In this document: piece by piece, positions 47,973-57,693 of the stretch
Numbering within the stretch: position 1 is the first letter of the stretch
Layout: each line of letters opens with the position of its first letter
NCBI GenBank assembly: GCA_051252135.1
Contig: JBPOGH010000001.1
Span: forward strand, 160,001 to 224,000
Source: Verrucomicrobiaceae bacterium
Lineage (GTDB): Bacteria > Verrucomicrobiota > Verrucomicrobiia > Verrucomicrobiales > Akkermansiaceae
Reading direction: 5' to 3'
Length of the DNA stretch: 64,000 nucleotides
Made by a program: the position numbers and the translations under genes
Notes under the pieces: model-generated
The model's database searches: none
What the model was told of the DNA's origin: nothing
The model's input: only the letters and a program-made list of their open reading frames with translations

Positions 47973-49526
47973 ATGCGTAAGGTTCTTTGTCTACTCGGCT
48001 GTTTTACCCTCTTTCTGATTCACCCCGCACTTGCGGACGATACTTCCGCCACCCCAGTTGAGGAGAAGAAGGAACCCGGATTCTGGGAGGAGTTGGATGG
48101 GAATATTAGCGCCCGGTTTCAACCGGTCTCTGACTTTGTAGACAGGACGGTTTTTTACTCCATCCCGGTAGCGACCGATGACGAGGGGAATGCGGTGAAG
48201 ATGCCGTGGGTTTTGGCTTGGTTGGGGATCGCGGCAATCGTCCTGACGGTTTACTTTAAATTTCTCAACTTCCGTTCGTGGCGACTCGCCTTTGATACGG
48301 TGAGAGGGAAGTACAGCAAGGATGACGACCCTGGGGAAATTACGCATTTTCAGGCTCTTTCTGCTGCCGTTTCCGGAACGGTGGGCCTTGGAAATATTGC
48401 CGGTGTGGCCACTGCGATCAGTATTGGTGGCCCGGGTGCGACTTTTTGGATGGTCTTGATGGGATTTTTGGGAATGGCCTCAAAATTTTGCGAATGCACC
48501 CTTGGGGTGAAGTATCGCCAAATTGAGAACGGAAAGGTCTATGGTGGTCCGATGCAGTATCTCACCAAAGGGTTGGGTGAATTGGGAATGAAGCCGGTAG
48601 GAGTTGTTCTGGCGATCTTCTTCTCGATCATGTGCATTGGCGGGTCATTCGGAGGGGGTAACATGTATCAGGCGAACCAGGCTTGCCAGCAGCTCATTGG
48701 GGTTACAGGGGGCGAATCCTCTTTCTTTGCCGACTACCGGTGGGTGTTTGGTGTTGTTCTGGCGATTGTCGTGGGGCTGGTGATCATTGGAGGTATCAAG
48801 AGCATTGCCACGACGACTGCAAAAGTGGTCCCGTTCATGTGTGGTATTTATATGATCGCCGGGATCGTGGTGATTCTTGGAAACATTTCTCATCTGGGTG
48901 AGGCGTTTTCCCTGATTTTTAAGGGGGCCTTCAGTGAGGCAGCGGTTGGTGGCGGCTTGATCGGGGTGCTCATTCAGGGAATCAAGAGGGCCGCGTTTTC
49001 AAATGAGGCAGGAATCGGCTCCGCTCCAATTGCGCACTCAGCGGCGAAAACGAGCCATCCCGCGAGTGAAGGGATTGTGGCGTTGCTTGAGCCCTTCCTG
49101 GATACGGTATTGGTGTGCACGACAACAGCTCTGGTGATTATCATGTCCGGAACCTATGCTGACGCGAGTCTTCAAGGGGTTGGTGTTACGTCTGCTGCCT
49201 TTGAGCAGACGATCAGCTGGTTTCCTTTCATTCTCGCCATTGCGGTGATTCTCTTCGCGTTTTCGACGATGATCTCGTGGTCCTACTATGGTCTTCAGGC
49301 ATGGGCCCATTTGTTTGGGCGGAGTAAGAAGGCTGAAATCATTTATAAGCTGATTTTCTGTTTCTTCATCATTGTGGGTTCGGCTGTGAGTGTGGGGAGC
49401 GTGATCAATTTTTCCGATGGGATGATTTTCGCGATGTCGATTCCCAATGTGATCGCGATGTATCTTCTGATGCCCAAGGTTAAGGAGGAATACCGGCGTT
49501 TCCTTGAGCATACCCGTTCACAGTAG
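47973..49526 (+). CDS. Alanine/glycine:cation symporter (AGCS family)
   Basis: GTVGLGNIAGVA, GGPGATFWM, GGPMQYL, FSNEAGIGSA, FAFSTMISW.YYG. Confidence 0.95.
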   Translation: MRKVLCLLGCFTLFLIHPALADDTSATPVEEKKEPGFWEELDGNISARFQPVSDFVDRTVFYSIPVATDDEGNAVKMPWVLAWLGIAAIVLTVYFKFLNFRSWRLAFDTVRGKYSKDDDPGEITHFQALSAAVSGTVGLGNIAGVATAISIGGPGATFWMVLMGFLGMASKFCECTLGVKYRQIENGKVYGGPMQYLTKGLGELGMKPVGVVLAIFFSIMCIGGSFGGGNMYQANQACQQLIGVTGGESSFFADYRWVFGVVLAIVVGLVIIGGIKSIATTTAKVVPFMCGIYMIAGIVVILGNISHLGEAFSLIFKGAFSEAAVGGGLIGVLIQGIKRAAFSNEAGIGSAPIAHSAAKTSHPASEGIVALLEPFLDTVLVCTTTALVIIMSGTYADASLQGVGVTSAAFEQTISWFPFILAIAVILFAFSTMISWSYYGLQAWAHLFGRSKKAEIIYKLIFCFFIIVGSAVSVGSVINFSDGMIFAMSIPNVIAMYLLMPKVKEEYRRFLEHTRSQ

Positions 49527-49537
49527 TCTGGAAGCGA

Positions 49538-51556
49538 ATGGCCAAGCAGTATCACCTCAAGAAAGAAAGTCGCGGCGGGGACTCGGGAATCGATTATGAG
49601 GCAGAGCTCAATCCGCAGCAATATGCGGCGGTGAGTTCACCTCCGGGACCGGCGTTGGTGATCGCTGGTGCCGGGTCGGGGAAGACCCGGACGCTGACGT
49701 ATCGGGTGGCTTATCTGTTGGATCAGGGAGTGGATCCCAAGAATCTGTTACTGCTGACGTTTACGAATAAGGCGGCACGAGAGATGATGGAGCGGGTAAA
49801 GGAGCTTGTTCCCCGTGACCTGAGTGATTTGTGGAGCGGGACATTCCACTCGGTGGGGAATCGTATTCTGCGCCGTCATGCGGAAGAGGTGGGGTTGACA
49901 AGGTCATTTTCCATCATGGATCGCGATGATCAGAAGTCGCTTGTCGGCACTGTGATTGCGGAGTGCGAAATTGACACCAAGCAGAGACGTTTCCCCAAGG
50001 CTGACGTGCTCATCACGATCTTTTCCCTGATTGAGAATACCGGGTCTACTCTGGAGGACATTCTTGAAGTTCGTTATCCTTACTTTGAGGAATGGGCGGA
50101 AGAGATTTCAAAAGTATGCGATCGTTATCGTGAGAAGAAACTTGAGGTAAACTCGGTGGATTTCGACGATCTTTTGCTGTTGCCACTCAAGCTGCTCCAG
50201 GAGAACGAGGAGATTTGCGGCCTTTATCAGAAGCGATTCCGGTATCTTTTGGTGGATGAGTATCAGGACACGAATCACGTTCAGAGCGAGCTCATTGATA
50301 TTCTCGCAAGGCCCCAGTTGTCAGTGATGGTGGTGGGGGATGATGCGCAGTCGATTTATTCGTGGCGGGGTGCCGACATGGATCACATTCTTTCGTTTCC
50401 GGAGCGTTACGAAGACGCCAAGATTTATAAAATTGAGACCAATTACCGTTCGGTTCCCGAGGTGCTGGATCTGTCCAATGCCGCGATCCGGGTGAACAGG
50501 AAGCAGTTCACCAAAACGCTCAACGCCGCTCGCGAGGGGGGGCGGATGACTCCGGCGATCGTTCCTTTGGAAGATCCCAGGTCCCAAGCCAACTTCATTG
50601 CCCAACGGGTTTTAGAGCTACGTGATGAGGGGGTCGAGCTGGAGGAAATGGCGGTTCTGTATCGTGCGCACTATCAGAGTCTTGAGATTCAAATGGAGCT
50701 GACCTCGAGAGGGATTCCTTTCGAGATCACGAGTGGGTTGCGATTTTTTGAGCAAGTCCACATTAAGGATGTGGCGGCATTTTTACGCTTTGTGGTCAAC
50801 CGGAGGGATGAGGTGAGCTTCAAGCGATTCGCCCTTCTGATGCCGGGAATCGGAGCGGTGACCGCGGATAAAATGTGGTCGGCGTGGGTTAAGACGGGAT
50901 TGCATCGCGAAGAAGATCCACCGGCCAAGTTTTCAACCGTGTTTCAAACCTTCAAGGTTCCGGCGAAGTCTGCCAAAGAGTGGGAGCAACTCGGTTATAC
51001 GCTGGACGAGCTGATAACGCCCGAGGGATTTGCCCGCCCCGAACAGATGCTCACCAGTATTCTTGAGGGTGTTTACGATGACTACATGCGGAATAGCTTC
51101 GATAACTACGAGAACCGCCGCCAAGACATTGAGCAGCTCATTCTCTACTCAGATGGTTTCGAGGATATCGTGGAACTTTTAGGTCAACTTTCGCTGATGA
51201 GTTCGGTTGATGGTGATCCATCAGGGAAGAAGGAGGAGCCCGATGGTGAGAAGTTGACGCTTTCGAGTATTCACCAGGCCAAGGGGCTCGAATGGAAGGT
51301 GGTCTTTTTGATCTGGCTTACGGACGGAATGTTCCCGAATGGAAGAGTTCTCGAAGCCGATGACGAAGATATGCTGGAGGAGGAGCGCCGTCTTTTCTAC
51401 GTCGCGATTACGAGGGCGAAAGATGAGCTCTACATGACCTATCCGCAAATTAATCCCAAGAGCTACTCGGGAGACATCATCCAGCGGCCCAGCCGTTTTT
51501 TGGATGAATGCCCCCAAGAGCTCATGGAGCAATGGGATGTGGGTCCGGCGTGGTAG
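49538..51556 (+). CDS. UvrD/PcrA/Rep family ATP-dependent DNA helicase
   Basis: AGAGSGKT, TFTNKAA, VDEYQDTN, VGDDAQSIYSWRGA, NYRS, HQAKGLEW, EERRLFYVAITRAK. Confidence 0.96.
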   Translation: MAKQYHLKKESRGGDSGIDYEAELNPQQYAAVSSPPGPALVIAGAGSGKTRTLTYRVAYLLDQGVDPKNLLLLTFTNKAAREMMERVKELVPRDLSDLWSGTFHSVGNRILRRHAEEVGLTRSFSIMDRDDQKSLVGTVIAECEIDTKQRRFPKADVLITIFSLIENTGSTLEDILEVRYPYFEEWAEEISKVCDRYREKKLEVNSVDFDDLLLLPLKLLQENEEICGLYQKRFRYLLVDEYQDTNHVQSELIDILARPQLSVMVVGDDAQSIYSWRGADMDHILSFPERYEDAKIYKIETNYRSVPEVLDLSNAAIRVNRKQFTKTLNAAREGGRMTPAIVPLEDPRSQANFIAQRVLELRDEGVELEEMAVLYRAHYQSLEIQMELTSRGIPFEITSGLRFFEQVHIKDVAAFLRFVVNRRDEVSFKRFALLMPGIGAVTADKMWSAWVKTGLHREEDPPAKFSTVFQTFKVPAKSAKEWEQLGYTLDELITPEGFARPEQMLTSILEGVYDDYMRNSFDNYENRRQDIEQLILYSDGFEDIVELLGQLSLMSSVDGDPSGKKEEPDGEKLTLSSIHQAKGLEWKVVFLIWLTDGMFPNGRVLEADDEDMLEEERRLFYVAITRAKDELYMTYPQINPKSYSGDIIQRPSRFLDECPQELMEQWDVGPAW

Positions 51557-51557
51557 G

Positions 51558-52583
51558 TTACCAGGATAGCTGGACTCCAAGGGTTACCCAGTAATCAGAA
51601 CCGAGTTGGGGGCCGTTCAAATCCTGCCAGAGGGTTTTTCCAATCTCGAGTCCCGCCCGCAAATCAGCGGAGGAGGTCAGGAAGTTGAGTCCGGCCGAGA
51701 GGTCAAATTTTGAGCCCGCGCGAAGGCTTGGATTGGCCGTGGGAACAGGTCCGGCAATGAAAGCGTCTGTGCCGTGGATGTCACCCCAATCAGAAAAAGT
51801 CGCTCTCAGTGAGGTCGAAAAATTTCCGGTGAGTGGTTTGGCGATCCAGGACGTCGCTTCGAATCGATTCCCAAGGCGGTAGCCCTGATCGTTCTCATCG
51901 ATGAGAAGCTTCGCCGATCCCTGTATGCCATATGACCAGTCATCAAAGTGACCGGTGTAGGTGAGGGACGGGGCAATTCCCCAGCTTCCAGATCCCAGTT
52001 GCATGGGGTAGGGAAGCCGGCGGACTCCGCCTGCGGGAGGAATGAATCCGGTTTCTTTAGTGTCAGCAGTGGGCAACAAGAGTCCCAATCCTCCGTGAAG
52101 ACCGGAGTGCCCATCCTGCCAAATGCCAAACAGAGCCGTGAGTGAGGCATCACCCCAACCCGAGGATTCTGTTTTGAATTGATTGGCGAGTCCCGGCCCA
52201 TAGCTGTGGTTCATGGAAAGTTCCACGTAGTTGATCATGGCCATGAAGGTCAGTTTGTCCGAGGGAGCATACATCATGCCCAGCATGTGCATCTGCATGT
52301 CCATGTCGGTAGGAACGATCATGTAGCCTAGGCCCTGAGCTTGCGTGTCAGTGATCGTATTTGAGCCGAGGTAGCTCTGCTCCATGCTCATGAACATGGA
52401 GCGAGCGGAGACCATCAGGTGACCCCGGGCATGAAGGTGATCGCCCATGACTCCAATGGGTGCGTAGAGATCGGGGCGATCGCAAAGGCAGGCTCCGTGA
52501 TGGTGGTTCGATGAAACGGGGAGAACTCCGGCCTGAGAGGCGGAGATTGCGGTTAGAGAGATAAATAGTGTTTTGAAATTCAT
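51558..52583 (-). CDS. Putative outer-membrane beta-barrel transporter, His/Met-rich
   Basis: Signal peptide; HHHGACLCDRPD, APIGVMGDH, MDMQMHMLGMMY, PYPMQLGSG; alternating beta pattern and terminal aromatic (GVQLSW). Confidence 0.75.
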   Translation of the reverse strand: MNFKTLFISLTAISASQAGVLPVSSNHHHGACLCDRPDLYAPIGVMGDHLHARGHLMVSARSMFMSMEQSYLGSNTITDTQAQGLGYMIVPTDMDMQMHMLGMMYAPSDKLTFMAMINYVELSMNHSYGPGLANQFKTESSGWGDASLTALFGIWQDGHSGLHGGLGLLLPTADTKETGFIPPAGGVRRLPYPMQLGSGSWGIAPSLTYTGHFDDWSYGIQGSAKLLIDENDQGYRLGNRFEATSWIAKPLTGNFSTSLRATFSDWGDIHGTDAFIAGPVPTANPSLRAGSKFDLSAGLNFLTSSADLRAGLEIGKTLWQDLNGPQLGSDYWVTLGVQLSW

Positions 52584-52681
52584 TTTGAGAAATTGGTTAA
52601 GAGAAAAGGACGCATGTTTCCCGATAAGGGAGCATGACAAGGAGTCGGTCTGAAGCTGCAGTCAGACGGAGTGGGGGTCTC

Positions 52682-53068
52682 TTAAGCAATCTCCGGCGGC
52701 GGAGTCGGAACCACAAAAATGAAGGGCAGGGGAGCAAGCCAAGGTTTCAATCTCAGATAGGACAGGCACTGTGGCTGCGATAGCGAAAAGGAGGAGGAAT
52801 TGGCATTGGGAGAATAGAGCTTGGGAAGTTGATCGGCCTGCCGTTCGGCAGGGGCGTTTTCCTGTTCTTTCTCGGTGAGTTCAGCGAGAGCGCAGCAGAC
52901 TTCACAAGGCTGATCTCCGGAAAATGTCGAGTTGAGCGCTTCAGTCAGGCCCATGTTTGGAGCACGGTCATTTAACATTGATGCCCATGCATACGTTTGC
53001 ACGGCGGCCTGATCGAGTCCACTGAGGACGACGATGGCGAGAATGCAAAGGGCACGGGCGAAGAACAT
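52682..53068 (-). CDS. DUF2946-like small protein (N-terminal TM, CxxC, C-terminal PPP)
   Basis: Hydrophobic N-terminus, PCEVCC, ends VPTPPPEIA; directly upstream of the beta-barrel gene. Confidence 0.65.
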   Translation of the reverse strand: MFFARALCILAIVVLSGLDQAAVQTYAWASMLNDRAPNMGLTEALNSTFSGDQPCEVCCALAELTEKEQENAPAERQADQLPKLYSPNANSSSFSLSQPQCLSYLRLKPWLAPLPFIFVVPTPPPEIA

Positions 53069-53109
53069 GGCGTCGCGGAAAGGGATATTCGCCGATTCGC
53101 GGCTGTCAA

Positions 53110-54009
53110 CTATTTCGCCCTGGGATGCGCCTCATCGTAGGCCGAGCGGAGGCGCTCCTTGGTAACGTGCGTGTAGATTTGGGTAGTCGAGAGAGAGGCG
53201 TGTCCGAGGAGCGACTGGACGGAACGTAGATCGGCACCATGATCGAGGAGATGGGTGGCGAATGAGTGCCGTAATTTGTGCGGGGTGACATTGAAGGCGA
53301 TCGAGGAATGTGAGAGGTATTTTTTAAGGACGCTATTGATCGATCGCGTAGAGAGACGTTTGCGCAGCTTGGATAGAAAGAGGGGGCCTTCATGAATGCT
53401 GGCAATGCTCCGATATGACTGGATGGCTTTCATGGCATACGAGCCGATGGGAACAAGGCGTTCTTTGGCCCCTTTACCCATGACACGCACGGTCTCCGAT
53501 GAGTAATCGATATCATCTACATCGAGGGCGGCCAGTTCGGAAAGGCGGAGTCCGGTGGAATAGAAGAGTTCAAGAATGGCGGCATCGCGCCGGGGTAACC
53601 AATCGGGGGCCTGTTTTTCAGGTTCGATCTTGAGAGGGAGTGCGAGGAGTTCTTCGATTTGGGATAGAGTCAACACCACCGGAAGCGGTTTGTCGGCTTT
53701 GGGAAGTTCGACCTCGGCGACGGGGCTCTTGGGATAGCCGTGACGATGAACGAGGAACTTGTAGAAGGATCGATATGCCGCGAAACGGAGTCTGATTGTC
53801 GCCCGTGCCAAGTCTTGCTTAAGCAATTCAAAAAGGTAGGCGCGAAAGTGATCTGCAGTAAGATCCCGCCAAGAGGTGAAGCGGTCACCAAGCCAGTCTT
53901 GAAATTTGCGGAGGGCGAGAGAGTAATTATCGAGAGTACGTTTGGAGGCATTCTTCTCGGTGAGAAGAAACTCGAAAAATTGTTCCTGCGGGAGATCGAG
54001 AGTAGCCAT
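53110..54009 (-). CDS. xerC: Tyrosine recombinase XerC/XerD
   Basis: RDAAILELFYSTGLRLSEL, GKGAKER, TPHKLRHSFATHLL.GADLRSVQ.LLGHASLSTTQIYTHV. Confidence 0.9.
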   Translation of the reverse strand: MATLDLPQEQFFEFLLTEKNASKRTLDNYSLALRKFQDWLGDRFTSWRDLTADHFRAYLFELLKQDLARATIRLRFAAYRSFYKFLVHRHGYPKSPVAEVELPKADKPLPVVLTLSQIEELLALPLKIEPEKQAPDWLPRRDAAILELFYSTGLRLSELAALDVDDIDYSSETVRVMGKGAKERLVPIGSYAMKAIQSYRSIASIHEGPLFLSKLRKRLSTRSINSVLKKYLSHSSIAFNVTPHKLRHSFATHLLDHGADLRSVQSLLGHASLSTTQIYTHVTKERLRSAYDEAHPRAK

Positions 54010-54201
54010 CCGCCTTTAGTTAAGCATAGTAGAGGGTCAATTGATACGAATAATTAGGGGCGAATGTGTCCAGCGGGGACCAAAATTCCTGGAAACAGAT
54101 CGAGGGACCTGAAGAATTTGAAGAAAAATTATTTAGGAATGATAAAACAGTGTAAGATCGAGACGTAATAGGGTGAGAAAATCGGACAAGCTCCGACCAA
54201 G

Positions 54202-55128
54202 ATGAAGAAGATCACAACGACTAAAATTGCAGGGTTCCTAGTCCTCCAGCTATTGATTCTCCAAGGAGTATCAGGCAAGACAGTTGCTGACCGGAGTCAT
54301 GTTTTTGCGGAGAAAATGAACGAAATTCTCGTTGATTTAAAAGATACCCACTACCAGTCGAAAACAGTGGTCGATCCGGAGAAAGGGGTTTTTCGGTGCA
54401 ATTGTTCAGGATTGATCAGCCATCTTCTCAGGCATCATTTTCCCGAGTCTTACCTGACGGTCAGGGGGAGCAAGGCGCCCTGGAAGGTCAGGCCACTTGC
54501 AGTCACATTTTACGAGACTTTTATGGTGGCGGAAGACGGCAGGAAGCCCGGATGGCAGAAGGTGAATCGCATTATGGATGCGAAGCCGGGAGATATTGTC
54601 GCTTGGCGGAAGTTGACCATTAAGGAGGGATACAACACCGGTCACGTTGTCATGGTTGCCAGTCAACCGGTTCTTGATGCCGACGGTCGGGTGAAGGTGA
54701 GGATTGTGGACTCTTCAAGCGGAAGACGGGCAAACGACACGAGACCAAAGGGTGTGTCTGGAGTGGGCTCGGGAGATATGTGGTTCTCGATTGATGAGGA
54801 GGGGCGGCCCATTGCCTACTGGCTCAACGAGAAGTCGAACCGATCCAAGAGCAACAAGATTGCCATTGGGCGAATTGTGCCCATCACAGTGAAAGATGCC
54901 CTCTTTCCCAAACCGGTTCCTGCCAAAGCTCCGAAGGAAGTCCTTGCCGACCGTGATTTTATTGGGATGACGGGAGAAGATGCGGAAAGATTGGCTGAGA
55001 ATCGTGGTTTGATTCCTCGTGTGATCGTCAAGGAGGGTGAGCGACTTGCTGTCTCGAAGACCTTGAACGATGAGCGAGTCAACATGGTTGTGAAGTCCGG
55101 CAAGGTGATCCGGACGATCCGGGGCTAG
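54202..55128 (+). CDS. Secreted NlpC/P60-like (papain-fold) protein with C-terminal protease-inhibitor-like domain
   Basis: Signal peptide; CNCSGLI, KPGDIVAW, TGHVVMV; C-term FIGMTGEDAE...RVI...ERVNMVVKSGKV...G. Confidence 0.65.
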   Translation: MKKITTTKIAGFLVLQLLILQGVSGKTVADRSHVFAEKMNEILVDLKDTHYQSKTVVDPEKGVFRCNCSGLISHLLRHHFPESYLTVRGSKAPWKVRPLAVTFYETFMVAEDGRKPGWQKVNRIMDAKPGDIVAWRKLTIKEGYNTGHVVMVASQPVLDADGRVKVRIVDSSSGRRANDTRPKGVSGVGSGDMWFSIDEEGRPIAYWLNEKSNRSKSNKIAIGRIVPITVKDALFPKPVPAKAPKEVLADRDFIGMTGEDAERLAENRGLIPRVIVKEGERLAVSKTLNDERVNMVVKSGKVIRTIRG

Positions 55129-55916
55129 TGGTTCTTCCGGGCAGCTGCGGCCTCGATGAAGGCTTTGAGTAGTTTTGCTTGGCGTTCGTCTCCGGGGAGA
55201 AGTTTTTCAGGGTGCCATTGAACACCGATGAGGAAGCGGTCGGGGTCCGTGGTTTCTGTTGCTTCAACGATTCCCTCAGGGCTGCGCGCGACAATGCGGA
55301 GACCATTTCCCAAGTCTTTCACGGCTTGGTGGTGGAGGGAGTTCACTTCAAACTCGGAGGAGCCCAGAATACCAAAAAGACGCGAATCCGACTCGAGGGT
55401 GACGTTGTGGGTCGTGTCCCGATGGTTGACCCCGAATGTTGTCGGGATGTCCTGAACGAGGGAGCCTCCGCTAGCCACGTTGATCCACTGGCTACCCAGG
55501 CAGATGCCGAGCAAGGGCTTGTCGCTTTGGTTGATCCAGGCACTGCTCAGGGCCTTTTCGAAATGGAAGCGGGCATCATCGAGAATCTTTACGGTCTCGT
55601 GTGGTTCTTCTCCGTATTCGGATGGCGGAATATCGGGGCCTCCGGGGAGGAGGAGTCCGTCAAGGCGGTCCAAGTAGTCGGCAATCCGGTCAGTGTTGCC
55701 ATCCGTATTGGGAAGAATCACGGGGATTCCTCCGGCGTCACGGACGGCGCGGATGTAATTTTCGCTGTTTACGCTGGCGATACCGATCAGGGGGCGGGAA
55801 TCCTCCGAAGGGGAGGTGGACGGATCTACGGTGGTTTTTCCGACCTGGAAGCCAAGAAGGCCGGAGACGGCAATGAGAGCGGATGCCAGAAATGTCCGGC
55901 GAGAGGGTTTGTTCAT
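55125..55916 (-). CDS. Peptidase C26 / gamma-glutamyl-GABA hydrolase family, Tat-type signal
   Basis: SRRTFL; LDGLLLPGGPDI, LGICLG, VNSLHHQAV, GVQWHPE. Confidence 0.9.
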   Translation of the reverse strand: MNKPSRRTFLASALIAVSGLLGFQVGKTTVDPSTSPSEDSRPLIGIASVNSENYIRAVRDAGGIPVILPNTDGNTDRIADYLDRLDGLLLPGGPDIPPSEYGEEPHETVKILDDARFHFEKALSSAWINQSDKPLLGICLGSQWINVASGGSLVQDIPTTFGVNHRDTTHNVTLESDSRLFGILGSSEFEVNSLHHQAVKDLGNGLRIVARSPEGIVEATETTDPDRFLIGVQWHPEKLLPGDERQAKLLKAFIEAAAARKNH

Positions 55917-55993
55917 AGATAAGTCAACCGGTGGCGACCCCTAGAAAATACCCGCGTCGGGATTGGGGATGCAAAGAAATTCGCGTACGAGCG

Positions 55994-56036
55994 AAAACAA
56001 AAACCGGATTGCGGGCCAAGGTCCCGAATCCGGTTT
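55994..56036 (-). terminator. Intrinsic terminator after sulfatase
   Basis: AAACCGGATT...AATCCGGTTT stem with T-tract on minus strand. Confidence 0.75.
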
Positions 56037-56057
56037 CAATCAAGCGATCGCCAATTG

Positions 56058-57653
56058 TCAGAGCTTGTCGGGGACGCGGAACTGCTTGGTGCGGAAATTC
56101 TTGATCTTTTCGTCGCTGTATTTTGGCGTGATAGAGTTATCCTCGTATTTCTCAATCAAGCCATTTAACCGGGATTTGAGACCGGAGATAAGGTCAGCGT
56201 TTCCGCTGTAATTGTAGATGTTTTTCAGCTCATCGGGATCTTTTTCCAAGTCATAGAGTTCCCACTCATCGAAGTTGTAAAAATGGATCAGCTTATATCG
56301 TTCGGTGCGGATGCCGTTATGCATTGGGATCATGTGGACGCTGGGATACTCGTAATAGTGGTAGTAAATGGAGTCGCGCCATTCAGGGGATTCTCCGCGC
56401 AGGAGGGGAACAAGTGATTTGCCCTGCAAGTCAGCAGGAATTGGGGAACCGGTGGCTTCGAGGAAGGTGGGGGCATAGTCAAGATTCTGCACCATGTCCT
56501 CGTTGACGGTGCCGGGCTTTGCGACTCCGGGCCACTTAACGATAAAGGGCATTTTTAAAGACTCCTCATACATCCAGCGCTTATCGAACCAACCGTGATC
56601 GCCAATGTAGAAGCCCTGATCAGAGGAGTAGATGACGATGGTGTTATCAGCAATGCCGAGGTCCTCGAGATTCTCCATGATTGCGCCGACGGACTCATCG
56701 ACTCCTTTGACGCAACGAAGGTAATTTTTGGCGTAGCGTTGGTATTTCCATCGGACGAGGTCTTTTCCTGTGGGTTTGAGCTCGCGGACAGCATCGTTCT
56801 TTGGGTCCCAGTGGGAGTTCCAAACAGAGAGCTGGGTGGGAGTCATTCGATGGAGATTTTTGGCAGCGGAACGATCCGCGCCTTCTTTCCCTTTGAGAGG
56901 AGTTTTGAGGGTGAGGTCGTAGAAGAGGTCGTAGTTGAGGTGCATATGTCCGTCGATCTCGAGTTCCTGCCACCGGGCGGGGGAGGCGTTGTCCTCCCAT
57001 TTATCGAAAAGGGTGGCAGGCTCGGGGATGTCGATGTCGTCGTAGAGATCGAGATGACGAAGGGCGGGCATCCAATTGCGGTGGGGTGCCTTGTGTTGGC
57101 ACATGAGCATGAAGGGTTGATCGTCTTTTACCTGTTGCTTGAGCCAATCAACGGCGAGATCGGTCACGACATCAGTGCAATGGCCTTCCAATCTCTCGCG
57201 ACCGTCCGGGGTCAGGACGTCAGGGTTGTAATAGTCGCCTTGGCCCGGGAGCACCTTCCAGGCGTCGAATCCCTGGGGCTCGGATTTGAGGTGCCACTTT
57301 CCGAAGATGGCGGTGCGATAGCCGTTCTTTTGGAGAATCTTCGGGAAGGTCTGTTGGTCGCCGTCGAACTTGTTCCCATTGTTCATGAAGCCATTTTTAT
57401 GGCTGTGTTTCCCGGTAAGGATCACGGCCCTGCTGGGGCCGCAGATGGAATTGGTGCAAAAGCTGTTTTTGAAAAGCATGCCCTGCTTGGCCAGCTTGTC
57501 GATATTGGGAGTGGGGTTGACGCTTTTGAGCCACCCCTCATAGGCGCCTATGGCATGAGGGGCGTGATCATCGGAGAAGATGAAGACAATGTTGGGCTTT
57601 TTGGCACTCAGGAGGCCAAGAGAGAGTGAGAAAAGAATGATCGGAAGCTTCAT
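56058..57653 (-). CDS. Sulfatase (N-acetylglucosamine-6-sulfatase-like)
   Basis: Signal peptide; PNIVFIFSDDH, CGPSRAVILTG, GKWHL, HKAPHR, SDQG..GDHGWFDKR, ELYDL..DP. Confidence 0.95.
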   Translation of the reverse strand: MKLPIILFSLSLGLLSAKKPNIVFIFSDDHAPHAIGAYEGWLKSVNPTPNIDKLAKQGMLFKNSFCTNSICGPSRAVILTGKHSHKNGFMNNGNKFDGDQQTFPKILQKNGYRTAIFGKWHLKSEPQGFDAWKVLPGQGDYYNPDVLTPDGRERLEGHCTDVVTDLAVDWLKQQVKDDQPFMLMCQHKAPHRNWMPALRHLDLYDDIDIPEPATLFDKWEDNASPARWQELEIDGHMHLNYDLFYDLTLKTPLKGKEGADRSAAKNLHRMTPTQLSVWNSHWDPKNDAVRELKPTGKDLVRWKYQRYAKNYLRCVKGVDESVGAIMENLEDLGIADNTIVIYSSDQGFYIGDHGWFDKRWMYEESLKMPFIVKWPGVAKPGTVNEDMVQNLDYAPTFLEATGSPIPADLQGKSLVPLLRGESPEWRDSIYYHYYEYPSVHMIPMHNGIRTERYKLIHFYNFDEWELYDLEKDPDELKNIYNYSGNADLISGLKSRLNGLIEKYEDNSITPKYSDEKIKNFRTKQFRVPDKL

Positions 57654-57693
57654 CTGGGGTCAGTCAACGATTTGCGAATGTCCTTGGCAATTT

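Noticed and set aside
53110..54009. Tyrosine recombinase as a prophage or island integrase
   Set aside because: Size and motifs match chromosomal XerC/D; no phage genes, tRNA or att-like repeats seen nearby.
56595..57629. Long antisense ORFs (also 17604-18587, 20235-21137, 22004-22888, 55179-55922)
   Set aside because: Lie opposite well-supported genes and show no motifs; expected at this GC content and codon bias.
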